A stretch of DNA of 64,000 bases from an uncultured virus (IMG/VR IMGVR_UViG_3300028557_000015). Its lineage: Duplodnaviria > Heunggongvirae > Uroviricota > Caudoviricetes. Made by a program: the position numbers and the translations under genes. The notes under the pieces were generated by a model. That model was not told the origin of the DNA. It did not search any database and saw only the letters and a program-made list of their open reading frames with translations. The DNA lies in the IMG/VR virus record IMGVR_UViG_3300028557_000015, positions 1 to 64,000 of that record; one strand, written 5' to 3'. Positions 19,000-27,819 of this stretch are shown here, one piece after another. Numbering within the stretch: position 1 is the first letter of the stretch; every line of letters starts with the position of its first letter.

Positions 19000-19964
19000 T
19001 TTATTTTATCTTGCCAAAAACTTGATGTACTAAGCCAATCATAATATTTTTGAAAGCCTTCTTCTACATCTACTTTAGGATCATATCCAAAGTCTCTACG
19101 GGCGGCATCAATGTTTAATGCACCACGACTAGGGAAGTCAGCGTCTTTATCTCTAACATTGATGGTACCTTTACCTGCACACTTTACTGCTAAGTTTGCG
19201 GCATCAAGTAATGTTCTGCTATGTGACTTAGTGATGTTATACGTTTTGTTCATTGTATTCTCGCTTAGTGCGGCTCCAACAATGCCATCTGCGGCATCTT
19301 CAACATAAGTAAAGTCTAATGTTTCATTCGCACCATTAACATTCAATACTCCATCACGCATCGCAGTCAACATAAACTTTGCAATAACACGATCCTCAAC
19401 ATCTAGTTCACCATACACAGCACTAGGACGAATGATAGTGTGACTGAAACAATTACGACGGCTATAGTCTTTAACAATATGCTCACCTGATAGTTTCATA
19501 ATGCCATACTGTCCCTGTGGCTTACAGTTATAATCTTCTGTTACATCATCTTTAAAGTCACCATATACCATTGAACTACTGATATAAACAAATTTCTTTA
19601 TTTTATGTTTCTTGCTTACTTCACACAAATTCAATAGACCTTCCATCATTGTTTTTGCTCCCATAGTTGGATTAGCATTAACAACTTTTTGTCTCGGAAA
19701 GCTAGCCATATGAATTACAATATCAAAGTTATATTTACCAAATAACCAATCAATACTTTCACTAGAAATGTCAATCGCATGGATACTACCGGGTTGAATT
19801 TTCTTCAACCTTTCTGTCATTAGATAGTCAATTTCATCTTGCGGGATGATACCATAGTTAGTTCGTATATCAGTAATAGCAACACGGTGCCCCATACGTT
19901 GTAATCTATCTACTACGTTATGTCCTATAAGTCCTAGACCTCCTGTGACCAAAATGCGTGTCAT
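18996..19964 (-). CDS. NAD-dependent nucleotide-sugar epimerase/dehydratase
   Basis: TGGLGLIG, ISSSMVYG, YGIMK, DFTYVED; start at ATG 19964 from ATGA overlap. Confidence 0.92.
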   Translation of the reverse strand: MTRILVTGGLGLIGHNVVDRLQRMGHRVAITDIRTNYGIIPQDEIDYLMTERLKKIQPGSIHAIDISSESIDWLFGKYNFDIVIHMASFPRQKVVNANPTMGAKTMMEGLLNLCEVSKKHKIKKFVYISSSMVYGDFKDDVTEDYNCKPQGQYGIMKLSGEHIVKDYSRRNCFSHTIIRPSAVYGELDVEDRVIAKFMLTAMRDGVLNVNGANETLDFTYVEDAADGIVGAALSENTMNKTYNITKSHSRTLLDAANLAVKCAGKGTINVRDKDADFPSRGALNIDAARRDFGYDPKVDVEEGFQKYYDWLSTSSFWQDKIK

Positions 19965-20767
19965 AATTTCTTCCATCCTTTTATAGAGTTTGCTTTACCG
20001 GTAATAACTTTTGATAAGTGTGCTCTGTTTAAATTATATCTATCAACTAATTCTTTTCTCGTTGATTTAATTTTTTCACCAGTTTTAATATTTTCAAAAG
20101 TGTATATAGTTTGGTCTGTCATTCTATCAATTCTAGTTTTTCTAATATTCTCATCACCCCAGTTTTTGATGGCCGCCGCCCTTTTCTTTTCCTTGACTGA
20201 TTCTCTATTTTGAACTTCGGATTGAATTACGCTATGTTTTTCTCGCAATACGGGGTCACTCCAAGTTTTTTTACTTGATGCTTTTAATTTTGCTTTAGTC
20301 ACTGGATCAGCAAGTGTTCTTTTACTTGTTTCACCAATTTTAGCTTTAACTTCAGGTTTATTAAGTGATTCTTTTATAGACAATATTCGTTTTTCTCTTG
20401 ATTGGTCATTAGCCCATGCTATCTTTGATTTATCACTAATTTTTTTCCTATCTTCTTCCGAGAAAATATACCCAGCACCACCGTCACCTTCTTCAATTCT
20501 TAAATTTGCCCATATCTTATTTCCTGCCTCATCTTTGGCATTAACAACATCCCATAAATTACTATAATACCTTCCCATACTTTTTATTTCTTCTTTGTTG
20601 GTTGTCTGTAAAAGTATCTCAGTCTTGTGGGTTGACCCGTGAATTTTTAGGTGTCTTAACCAATATTTTCCGGATCCGCTATACTTTGTTATATCATTTT
20701 TAGTATAGCCTAGATATTTTAATCCTGTTATAGTATGTTCTTTCAAATACAATGTGTAAATAATCAT
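19961..20767 (-). CDS. GIY-YIG (Seg-like) homing endonuclease
   Basis: YTLYLKEH..TGLKYLGYT, YSGSGKYW, WANL..E.GDGG; basic NUMOD-like repeats; own late box at 20787-20794. Confidence 0.8.
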   Translation of the reverse strand: MIIYTLYLKEHTITGLKYLGYTKNDITKYSGSGKYWLRHLKIHGSTHKTEILLQTTNKEEIKSMGRYYSNLWDVVNAKDEAGNKIWANLRIEEGDGGAGYIFSEEDRKKISDKSKIAWANDQSREKRILSIKESLNKPEVKAKIGETSKRTLADPVTKAKLKASSKKTWSDPVLREKHSVIQSEVQNRESVKEKKRAAAIKNWGDENIRKTRIDRMTDQTIYTFENIKTGEKIKSTRKELVDRYNLNRAHLSKVITGKANSIKGWKKL

Positions 20768-20820
20768 AACAATTTCCTTGTTACTTTATTTATCTTACCA
20801 ATCCGCCTGTAACTAATATA

Positions 20821-21153
20821 TTACTCATATTTTAATTTCCAAAATGTTAATTGTTTGTGTGTTAGATATGCTCTAATCTGATATACATAACTATAATCGT
20901 ATAGGTCATTGTTACGATGCCAACTGGGTGCGGGATTAGAGTTTTCCATTATCCACTTACCTTCTTCTGTTTGTTGCCACTCGTATATAGGGTGTGCTAC
21001 AAACAAATCAGGATCTTCAACATCACCCATTCTAATAGTATGTACTACTTGAGTAATAGATACTGATTCTCCCCTGATATCAGATACTTGTACCTGATAT
21101 TTGGGTCTAGTGAATTCTTCTTTAGATTGCCATTGTTGCTTTGATAGGGCCAT
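20821..21153 (-). CDS. hypothetical protein
   Basis: 110-aa ORF; MGDVEDPDL and WQQTEEGKW motifs. Confidence 0.65.
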   Translation of the reverse strand: MALSKQQWQSKEEFTRPKYQVQVSDIRGESVSITQVVHTIRMGDVEDPDLFVAHPIYEWQQTEEGKWIMENSNPAPSWHRNNDLYDYSYVYQIRAYLTHKQLTFWKLKYE

Positions 21154-22021
21154 GACTTTGATAGTTCTCTAAATGTATGTCTTCCATTGAGATTTCAAAG
21201 ATATTAGTCTTTGACGCATTTAACATCAATGTAGGTAATGGATAAGATTCACGTGTTAATTGTTCTTTAACTTGTTCAATGTGATCCTTGTAGATATGTG
21301 TATCACCTGTACTAATTACAAGTTCACCTACTTTTAGATTACAGTGATGTGCCAATAGATGTGTAAGTAATGCATAACTAGCAATGTTAAAAGGTAAACC
21401 CAAGAAAACATCAACACTACGCTGATACATATGGCAAGAAAGTTCACGATTTTTGTTAACATAGAATTGACTCATAACGTGACAAGGGGGCAAAGCCATT
21501 TCGTCTAACTCGCTCACGTTCCAGGCACTTAGTATATGCCTGCGCCCATTAGGATCTTCAGTTAACCCTTTAATGAGATTTGCCAATTGGTCGACTTCAA
21601 TCTTGTCAACTGCGAGGCGTGTACCACCTTTGTGTGCTTTGCCCATGTCTTTCTCTGTGCGATACTTGTTCCAGTGACGCCATTGTACCCCGTAGACACG
21701 ACCGAGATCACCTTCGAATTTTGCTTTGTGTTTCCAATACGGTGCAAGCGCATTTGGTGTCCAGATAGTAACTTTTCCTTCACTACTACCGTGGGTAAGT
21801 TCTGCCAATCTACGTTCATCACTAGATCCCTCAATAAACCAGAGAAGCTCACCGACGCAAGCTTTCCAAGCAAGTTTTTTAGTAGTGACTGCGGGAAAGC
21901 CCCTACGCAAATCAAAGCGAATATGACGTCCAAAAACACTATAGGTGCCAACACCAGTTCTGTCATCTTTAATCTCTCCGTCATCTAGTATATCTTGTAA
22001 TAATTCTTTGTATTGTTTCAT
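21122..22021 (-). CDS. thyA: thymidylate synthase ThyA
   Basis: DRTGVGT, YGVQWR, LPPCH, YQRSVDVFLGLPFNIASY, GDTHIY. Confidence 0.96.
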   Translation of the reverse strand: MKQYKELLQDILDDGEIKDDRTGVGTYSVFGRHIRFDLRRGFPAVTTKKLAWKACVGELLWFIEGSSDERRLAELTHGSSEGKVTIWTPNALAPYWKHKAKFEGDLGRVYGVQWRHWNKYRTEKDMGKAHKGGTRLAVDKIEVDQLANLIKGLTEDPNGRRHILSAWNVSELDEMALPPCHVMSQFYVNKNRELSCHMYQRSVDVFLGLPFNIASYALLTHLLAHHCNLKVGELVISTGDTHIYKDHIEQVKEQLTRESYPLPTLMLNASKTNIFEISMEDIHLENYQSHGPIKATMAI

Positions 22022-22623
22022 ATTAATGTCAATTCTACATCCATTAAATGGTTAGTTCGTGTATAATTTAATTCAGTAAATTGTGTAAATAATTTTTCTA
22101 TTTTTATTGTATCCGAGTTGTTATTGTTCTCAACAAACAATGATTGTACTTTCATGCCATTTTTTATTTTTTGAATCACTGATGGAAGTATCTGACATTC
22201 GTATCCTTCTGTATCAATCTGTAATCTACCTATAGAGGTTATATCAAATTCATTGCATAAAGTATCGAATGTTATTTTTTTAATTTCTTGTTGATGAATA
22301 ACACTCGGGTCTATTGATAACTGTTGTAATTCTGATAATACCAGTTGATGCGGCTCATCTAATTTATTACATCCTTTTAACCAAAATTTATCTGGCATGG
22401 GGAACGTTTTTTCAATATATTCTTCAGGTAAAAAATATATAATTGATGTTCCTTCAATATCACTTATTGCACAATTACACAATTTAACATTATTTCCTTT
22501 AAGAGAATTTAAATAAAAGTCTAATGGTTCAACAAGTAATACATTAATTGAAGGATCAGATTTAGCAAACTCCGCGCTTGTATCAAAATTACTGGTACCT
22601 ATATCAACATAGTGGTAGTGCAT
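22018..22623 (-). CDS. FkbM-family methyltransferase
   Basis: VDIGT, LVEP, NCAISD, LQIDTEGYE. Confidence 0.8.
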   Translation of the reverse strand: MHYHYVDIGTSNFDTSAEFAKSDPSINVLLVEPLDFYLNSLKGNNVKLCNCAISDIEGTSIIYFLPEEYIEKTFPMPDKFWLKGCNKLDEPHQLVLSELQQLSIDPSVIHQQEIKKITFDTLCNEFDITSIGRLQIDTEGYECQILPSVIQKIKNGMKVQSLFVENNNNSDTIKIEKLFTQFTELNYTRTNHLMDVELTLI

Positions 22624-22625
22624 AG

Positions 22626-22922
22626 TTAAAGCTTACCTAATAGTCTGTCTGTCTCTGGTTGTACGGTGTCAGCAATACTTTGAACATTGAGAACAAATTC
22701 TACACTCACTATTAGTTCATCAAGTTCATCAAGTTTGCGACTGACTGCTTCTTCTATTTGGTCTGGATTCAATCCTTGTTGTAGAAACTTTTGAATATTG
22801 ATAGTCTGTTGTTTTTTACCTTGAAGCTTAATAACTAACTTCTTAATAAACTCTACAGGTATCTTATTTTTTTCTACATCTTCAAGGATATGTTCCCATT
22901 TTGAAATGAATTCTGGTGACAT
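22626..22922 (-). CDS. hypothetical protein
   Basis: 98-aa ORF in operon. Confidence 0.65.
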   Translation of the reverse strand: MSPEFISKWEHILEDVEKNKIPVEFIKKLVIKLQGKKQQTINIQKFLQQGLNPDQIEEAVSRKLDELDELIVSVEFVLNVQSIADTVQPETDRLLGKL

Positions 22923-23587
22923 TAGACACTAACTTTTGCTCTTGGTTTTTTAACTTTAACTGGTTTTGTTTCTATAACTGCAGGTTCTGCAATAGTAGGA
23001 TCTAAACTTTTTGCCTCATCGGTCAAACGCTTTGCTTCTGCTAGTAAGCCTTTTGCTTCACGTTCCATTTTTTGTGCTTGTTCAAGTCTTTGTTTTGCAA
23101 GTGACGCATCTCCTAATAAATCACCTGTCGGTGTTACTGGGTTTTGATTACCACGCATTCTACGAACTACATCAGCTGGATCTTGTAATCCACGACTGTC
23201 ATCTAATTCTTGCAAACGCTTAACTGCACTTTCACCCTGTTGCATTTCATCTAGTATCTTATTCAATTCATCTAAGCGAATTGTTTGATTTGGTGAAGGT
23301 GTCATAACAATTGCCGATGTTTGAACCTTCTTTAATTGACCTTCCAAATGCAATACCTGTAGAATTGGTCTACCATCTTTAGCATATGTTCTGTTTAGTG
23401 CATCTGCTAAATGTTCGCTATTTTGTCCAATATCACTTTCAATGCATTTGATTAGTGGGTCGTGAACGTGCTGATTTAATGTCTCTGTATATGTGACTAA
23501 GCACATATGAACTTCATTAGGCACTTCCCGAAATACTATTGCAACTTTTCTATCACCGTGTTTACCAACGTGTCGTGTAAAACTCAT
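22922..23587 (-). CDS. hypothetical protein (conserved-looking, C-terminal coiled coil)
   Basis: 221-aa ORF with strong SD GAGGAG. Confidence 0.7.
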   Translation of the reverse strand: MSFTRHVGKHGDRKVAIVFREVPNEVHMCLVTYTETLNQHVHDPLIKCIESDIGQNSEHLADALNRTYAKDGRPILQVLHLEGQLKKVQTSAIVMTPSPNQTIRLDELNKILDEMQQGESAVKRLQELDDSRGLQDPADVVRRMRGNQNPVTPTGDLLGDASLAKQRLEQAQKMEREAKGLLAEAKRLTDEAKSLDPTIAEPAVIETKPVKVKKPRAKVSV

Positions 23588-23649
23588 AGTTGTGTTCTCC
23601 TCTTATATAAGCTTAAGATATTTAACTGATATTCATCAATCAAATATTT

Positions 23650-24942
23650 TTATTGGTTAGTATGATGGCCCCATTGTTTGCTAAAATATGAATTAATAGT
23701 TTTTTGGGCATCTGTGTTATTAGTTAAATCAACTCCACAACAATAGTAATGATATATTCCGGTACCTTGTTTACTAAAATTCACATGCTGTAACCAGGGA
23801 TTAAATCCTCCAAAACCTACACCATCGGTAACATCTATTAAATGTTTGTTTACTGCTTCCATAAATGCAGTAATTTTTAATAATTGCATTCGTTTATCAG
23901 TATGGGGTGTAAATACATTTGACCAAACATTATTAATTACATTTTCCCAAAAAGTAGAAGGTACATAACCCACACCCATGTCCGTAATAACTGGGTGCGT
24001 TATTAGAATAAATTTCTTACCATACACCATGTGAAAATTCTTAATCAATTGAATTTGATTTTTATTGGATGCATCATTAAAATATAAATTTACAATTGTT
24101 TTTAAATCATAAATCGGAGTTTTAGATAAAGTTTCATTTAAATTAACACTAGCATAGTCAACATGATTCCAAATTGATGTTGGCATCATTAAGTAGGTAG
24201 TATATGATAATTTACCCGAATACACTTTCCTAATTTCAGAAATTAACTGTTGCCAATAAAATAAATGTTCATATGATTCTAAGTTATAGTTACCTTCACT
24301 GATAAAAATACCTTGTACTTTGTATTGTTCGGCAGTTATTGCAAGTTTTCGTTGATATTCAATGATGTTGTTAAACATTGATTGTTCGGTATATTTATTA
24401 AAATCCGGCGTCAATAATGAATCGGTATCACTATCTACAATTTGTAGTGACAACCATACTTGTAATCCTTGAGATTTTATATACTCAACTAATTTCCAAG
24501 TATCTTTTGGAATTGTTTTATCAGTGTTTGCTGTATCATAAAGACTAATACGTCCGGTATGTTTGTTAATGGGTGTTTGCAATTGCACAATAATCCCATT
24601 AAATCCTATTTGTTTAATTTTATCAATTGCTGGTTTTACTGATTCAAATGAAGTAGTATGATATCCATTAATATCAAATTGAGTTTTTGGTGTATCATAT
24701 CTATAATCAAGCTGTGCCAATCTAAATTTATCCACTGATATAGCAGTAGGAGTTTCAAATTGAGAAATAGATTTTATTACTGGTGTAGAGACATTATTTA
24801 CCGATATATTAGCAGGAGTTTCAATCTGCGAACTGGATGTTATTACTGGTGTAGTGTCTAATTCTGTTTGGCTAGATCCACCTCCACCGCAACCAGACAG
24901 AATAACACTTAACGTTAATAAACTTACAATAATTTTTATCAT
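23650..24942 (-). CDS. lipoprotein with GH113/TIM-barrel glycoside-hydrolase-like domain
   Basis: Lipobox LSGC followed by GGGG; W..LISEIRKVYSGKLSY matches the GH113 pattern; duplicated TPVI.S.SQ.ETP..ISV linker. Confidence 0.6.
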   Translation of the reverse strand: MIKIIVSLLTLSVILSGCGGGGSSQTELDTTPVITSSSQIETPANISVNNVSTPVIKSISQFETPTAISVDKFRLAQLDYRYDTPKTQFDINGYHTTSFESVKPAIDKIKQIGFNGIIVQLQTPINKHTGRISLYDTANTDKTIPKDTWKLVEYIKSQGLQVWLSLQIVDSDTDSLLTPDFNKYTEQSMFNNIIEYQRKLAITAEQYKVQGIFISEGNYNLESYEHLFYWQQLISEIRKVYSGKLSYTTYLMMPTSIWNHVDYASVNLNETLSKTPIYDLKTIVNLYFNDASNKNQIQLIKNFHMVYGKKFILITHPVITDMGVGYVPSTFWENVINNVWSNVFTPHTDKRMQLLKITAFMEAVNKHLIDVTDGVGFGGFNPWLQHVNFSKQGTGIYHYYCCGVDLTNNTDAQKTINSYFSKQWGHHTNQ

Positions 24943-25184
24943 GACCATTTCAATTCATAAAATGTAGCATCTTTGGAATCCTCAAATGCTATGTTACCTA
25001 AATAATATTCTACCAAAAACAATTGACTGGTTTGAATAATGCAAAATCTACCTTTGAGATTATCTAATACCCATTGTTTAGAATCAATTGTCAATGGTGT
25101 AGCGGTTAATATAAAATGTTTTGGACAAAAGTCTACCTGTCTTTTACCAAACCAAATATAAGGATCAATTTTATATTCAGTCAT
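24939..25184 (-). CDS. hypothetical protein
   Basis: 81-aa coupled ORF ending AFED..DATFYELKWS. Confidence 0.6.
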   Translation of the reverse strand: MTEYKIDPYIWFGKRQVDFCPKHFILTATPLTIDSKQWVLDNLKGRFCIIQTSQLFLVEYYLGNIAFEDSKDATFYELKWS

Positions 25185-25612
25185 TTTGTTAAATTATCTA
25201 ACATCTTATATTTTTCCCAAGCTTCAACTACTGAAGGTGTTGAGTTATCGTTAGTTGGTACCACTTGCATCCACAATCCATGACCTAGCTTTGCTGGATG
25301 ATTATAATCAGAATAATGTCCGGCGGTTCTACCTTCACTGTCAAATACTCTAGGTTGGTGTATCCTACCTGAGAAATATAATCTAGTAGCCAATTCTTTT
25401 ACTTTGGTTAAATCATACTCACTAAGTGCATATGAGTAGGTAGAACGTGTAATTGAAGTACCTTCTACATAATATTGTTCTACTACCTGCATAAAGGTTT
25501 CATAGTTAGGGCACATTGTTCGGGTTACAATAAACATAACATTATCCTCGGACACTTCGTTTGCCATCAAACTATTCAAGCATCCACCAAGGCTAGTACC
25601 GATATACATCAT
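25181..25612 (-). CDS. hypothetical protein
   Basis: 143-aa coupled ORF; IGTSLGGC and GRIHQPR motifs. Confidence 0.65.
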   Translation of the reverse strand: MMYIGTSLGGCLNSLMANEVSEDNVMFIVTRTMCPNYETFMQVVEQYYVEGTSITRSTYSYALSEYDLTKVKELATRLYFSGRIHQPRVFDSEGRTAGHYSDYNHPAKLGHGLWMQVVPTNDNSTPSVVEAWEKYKMLDNLTK

Positions 25613-25983
25613 ACAATCATCTTTCTATTTTGTTTAACATAATCACTATAAACCTTTTTGCCGTTCTCTCTAATCCATTCAACAACAGGTTGCGGATCAA
25701 CTTCAAATGCTGTTTTAAGTTCATCATAAGCCATTGTGCTATTAAACTCATAAATCTCATACGCACGTTGACTGTTTACTCTTGCACGGAGTAACATCAT
25801 TTGTAATGGGATGCCTGATGGCTGGTCGGGGGTTCGTTGTTCTTTAAGAATAGCAACAACTTTTTGTTTTTCCCATTCGTTGTACTTACTCATATGTAAG
25901 TCAACATCATATAAACATTCAAGACCTAACATATCCCACATTGCAAGATAGTGTTTAGTTTTCTTCTTTCTTAAGGATGACAT
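25609..25983 (-). CDS. hypothetical protein
   Basis: 124-aa ORF; MWDMLGLE and RARVNSQR motifs. Confidence 0.65.
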   Translation of the reverse strand: MSSLRKKKTKHYLAMWDMLGLECLYDVDLHMSKYNEWEKQKVVAILKEQRTPDQPSGIPLQMMLLRARVNSQRAYEIYEFNSTMAYDELKTAFEVDPQPVVEWIRENGKKVYSDYVKQNRKMIV

Positions 25984-26203
25984 ATAACATTTCTGCTTTG
26001 TTAATTGCGTTTGCTAATGAAGGTTCTGTTTCTGCTAGTTTAAGAATTTCTTTCCACTCATACCATTTTGTAATGTAACGTTGGGAAGTATCTTCTTTAA
26101 CCATTGTTCGGTCCGACGATCCACTCTTACGTGAATAGACCGTCTTGCCGCCATCTGGGCTTTCGTAAATAATTATTTCCTCACTAGACTTAATCATCGA
26201 CAT
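25955..26203 (-). CDS. hypothetical protein
   Basis: 82-aa ORF; IYESPDGGKTVYSR motif. Confidence 0.65.
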   Translation of the reverse strand: MSMIKSSEEIIIYESPDGGKTVYSRKSGSSDRTMVKEDTSQRYITKWYEWKEILKLAETEPSLANAINKAEMLYVILKKEEN

Positions 26204-26300
26204 CTTTTATCATTCCCAAGAATCTAACTAAGGCAATAACAAAAAGCCAACATAAGCCCAATATAAGTATTGAAATTATAATATAGTCAAGCCAACTCAT
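26190..26300 (-). CDS. small single-pass membrane protein, 36 aa (not in ORF track)
   Basis: MSWLDYIIISILILGLCWLFVIALVRFLGMIKDVDD; ATG overlaps the upstream stop (TAATG) and fills the gap. Confidence 0.6.
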   Translation of the reverse strand: MSWLDYIIISILILGLCWLFVIALVRFLGMIKDVDD

Positions 26301-27571
26301 TATTTTTCATCATAGATAGCATACGTACCGAATGGGGGATTCGGATTCTTATCACCATGAATGATCCAAGTTGTATCACAATAGTCTGGGTCACCCCAAC
26401 TACCACAAGGGTATCCATCAGTGAATACAATCAATCGTTTTGGATCAATAGCATTCTCTTTCAAGTATGTAAAGATACAATCAAAGTCAGTTCCACCACC
26501 GCCCATTGGCTGATATTCTTCAATGCTTTCCATATTCTCACTAGAGAAATCTTGTGGGTTATATGTATCAGTATCAAAGCAGAATACGTGGACCTTGTAA
26601 CCATCAAACGCATCCATCATACCACCAATTTCACCTAAGAATTGTTGTGCTTGTTTGTTGCTGATACTACCTGACATATCGATTGATACGACAACATCAA
26701 TTTCTTCTCCCGGTGTCATGCCGGGCATGATAGCATCCATGTGCCAACCTCTGCGTGAGGGACGCATCCAACTGTAATCTGTACGAATAGCACTTGTCAA
26801 GTTAGTTTGAATCAGTTCACGCCAGGGCATAACTGGGTTAGTATGCTGACGGATCAATCGTTCGACACCTAAGGGCAACTGACCTGCTTCTGCACTACTT
26901 GCGGCATTGATAATAGCTTGTTTAACTTCCTGACGTACACGTTCACGTTCTTCGGGACTCATTGAGGGACGTTTACCTTTACCCTCTTTATCCCCATCAC
27001 CTTCGCCATCTCCGTCACCATCCATATGGTCATCAATCATTTGATCCAGCAAATCTTCAATAGAAATTTTCTGAACATTTTTTATCAAATCATCATAGAT
27101 AGCTTCTGCGGCTTTACCATCATATTTTGATTCATATAAGCAAGGCACTGATGTAATAAACTGGCCAACTTTGTGACGTTTCAAATCTGCATTGACAGCA
27201 TAGTCATCAGCAATATTCCAGATTTCAGGATCACGATTATCACGGCGACCCATATGATCGTACACCACGTGCAATACTTCGTGACCAACTAAAAATTCAA
27301 CTTCTTTCGGCTTCAACATCATAATGAAGCGACTATTGTAATAAAACTTCTGACCATCAGTTGCCGCAGTACTACACCATAGATCGGCATTGATAAGTTG
27401 CATACGTGTAGCAAGATTGCCAAAGAATGAATGACGTAATAGTAAACCAATACGTGCGGTGACTAACCTTTCACGTGCTAATGCATCAATTTTGCTATCT
27501 GTAGGTCCTACTAGATTTTCAAATTTCTTACTACGACTACGTTTTTTAGTGGGATTAAGTACTTCGCTCAT
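26300..27571 (-). CDS. metallopeptidase (HExxH) + VWA domain protein, DUF2201-like
   Basis: TAATDG, GHEVLH, WNIADDYAVN, MIDAS DMSGS, GGGGTDF, VFTDG. Confidence 0.9.
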   Translation of the reverse strand: MSEVLNPTKKRSRSKKFENLVGPTDSKIDALARERLVTARIGLLLRHSFFGNLATRMQLINADLWCSTAATDGQKFYYNSRFIMMLKPKEVEFLVGHEVLHVVYDHMGRRDNRDPEIWNIADDYAVNADLKRHKVGQFITSVPCLYESKYDGKAAEAIYDDLIKNVQKISIEDLLDQMIDDHMDGDGDGEGDGDKEGKGKRPSMSPEERERVRQEVKQAIINAASSAEAGQLPLGVERLIRQHTNPVMPWRELIQTNLTSAIRTDYSWMRPSRRGWHMDAIMPGMTPGEEIDVVVSIDMSGSISNKQAQQFLGEIGGMMDAFDGYKVHVFCFDTDTYNPQDFSSENMESIEEYQPMGGGGTDFDCIFTYLKENAIDPKRLIVFTDGYPCGSWGDPDYCDTTWIIHGDKNPNPPFGTYAIYDEK

Positions 27572-27597
27572 ATTGGTCCTTTACTGTTTATGTGTCT

Positions 27598-27626
27598 ATT
27601 ATAGCAGAATTTCTATTTATTGTCAA
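27598..27626 (-). promoter_or_regulatory. sigma70-type early promoter
   Basis: TTGACA, 17 nt spacer, TATAAT, extended -10 TG. Confidence 0.88.
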
Positions 27627-27775
27627 ATAGACAAGCCTCGATATCCTGCATCAAATGCAATACGTGCGTAATCCTGTGCGGACTCAATAGCATACAAGGC
27701 CATTCCTTGGTCCTTTGTCATTCCTTTTGACCGGGCACTTTGCCCCAATGCGTAAAAATATTTCTTACCTGACAT
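27623..27775 (-). CDS. small hypothetical protein, 50 aa (not in ORF track)
   Basis: MSGKKYFYALGQSARSKG...FDAGYRGLSI; its stop TGA lies in the next -35 box. Confidence 0.55.
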   Translation of the reverse strand: MSGKKYFYALGQSARSKGMTKDQGMALYAIESAQDYARIAFDAGYRGLSI

Positions 27776-27786
27776 TATATTTCTTT

Positions 27787-27813
27787 AAAAAAGGGTGAGC
27801 ATTACACTCACCC
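27787..27813 (-). terminator. Rho-independent terminator
   Basis: GGGTGAG/CTCACCC stem followed by a T-run on the minus strand. Confidence 0.75.
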
Positions 27814-27819
27814 ATTAAA

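Noticed and set aside
21562..21988. 140-aa alternate-frame and 133-aa antisense ORFs inside thyA
   Set aside because: No motifs or SD; explained by overlap with a conserved gene
21122..22021. ThyA as a dCMP/dUMP hydroxymethylase for DNA hypermodification, or as an intron-split gene
   Set aside because: Uninterrupted ORF with the canonical PFNIASY (Asn, dUMP-specific) and other ThyA motifs
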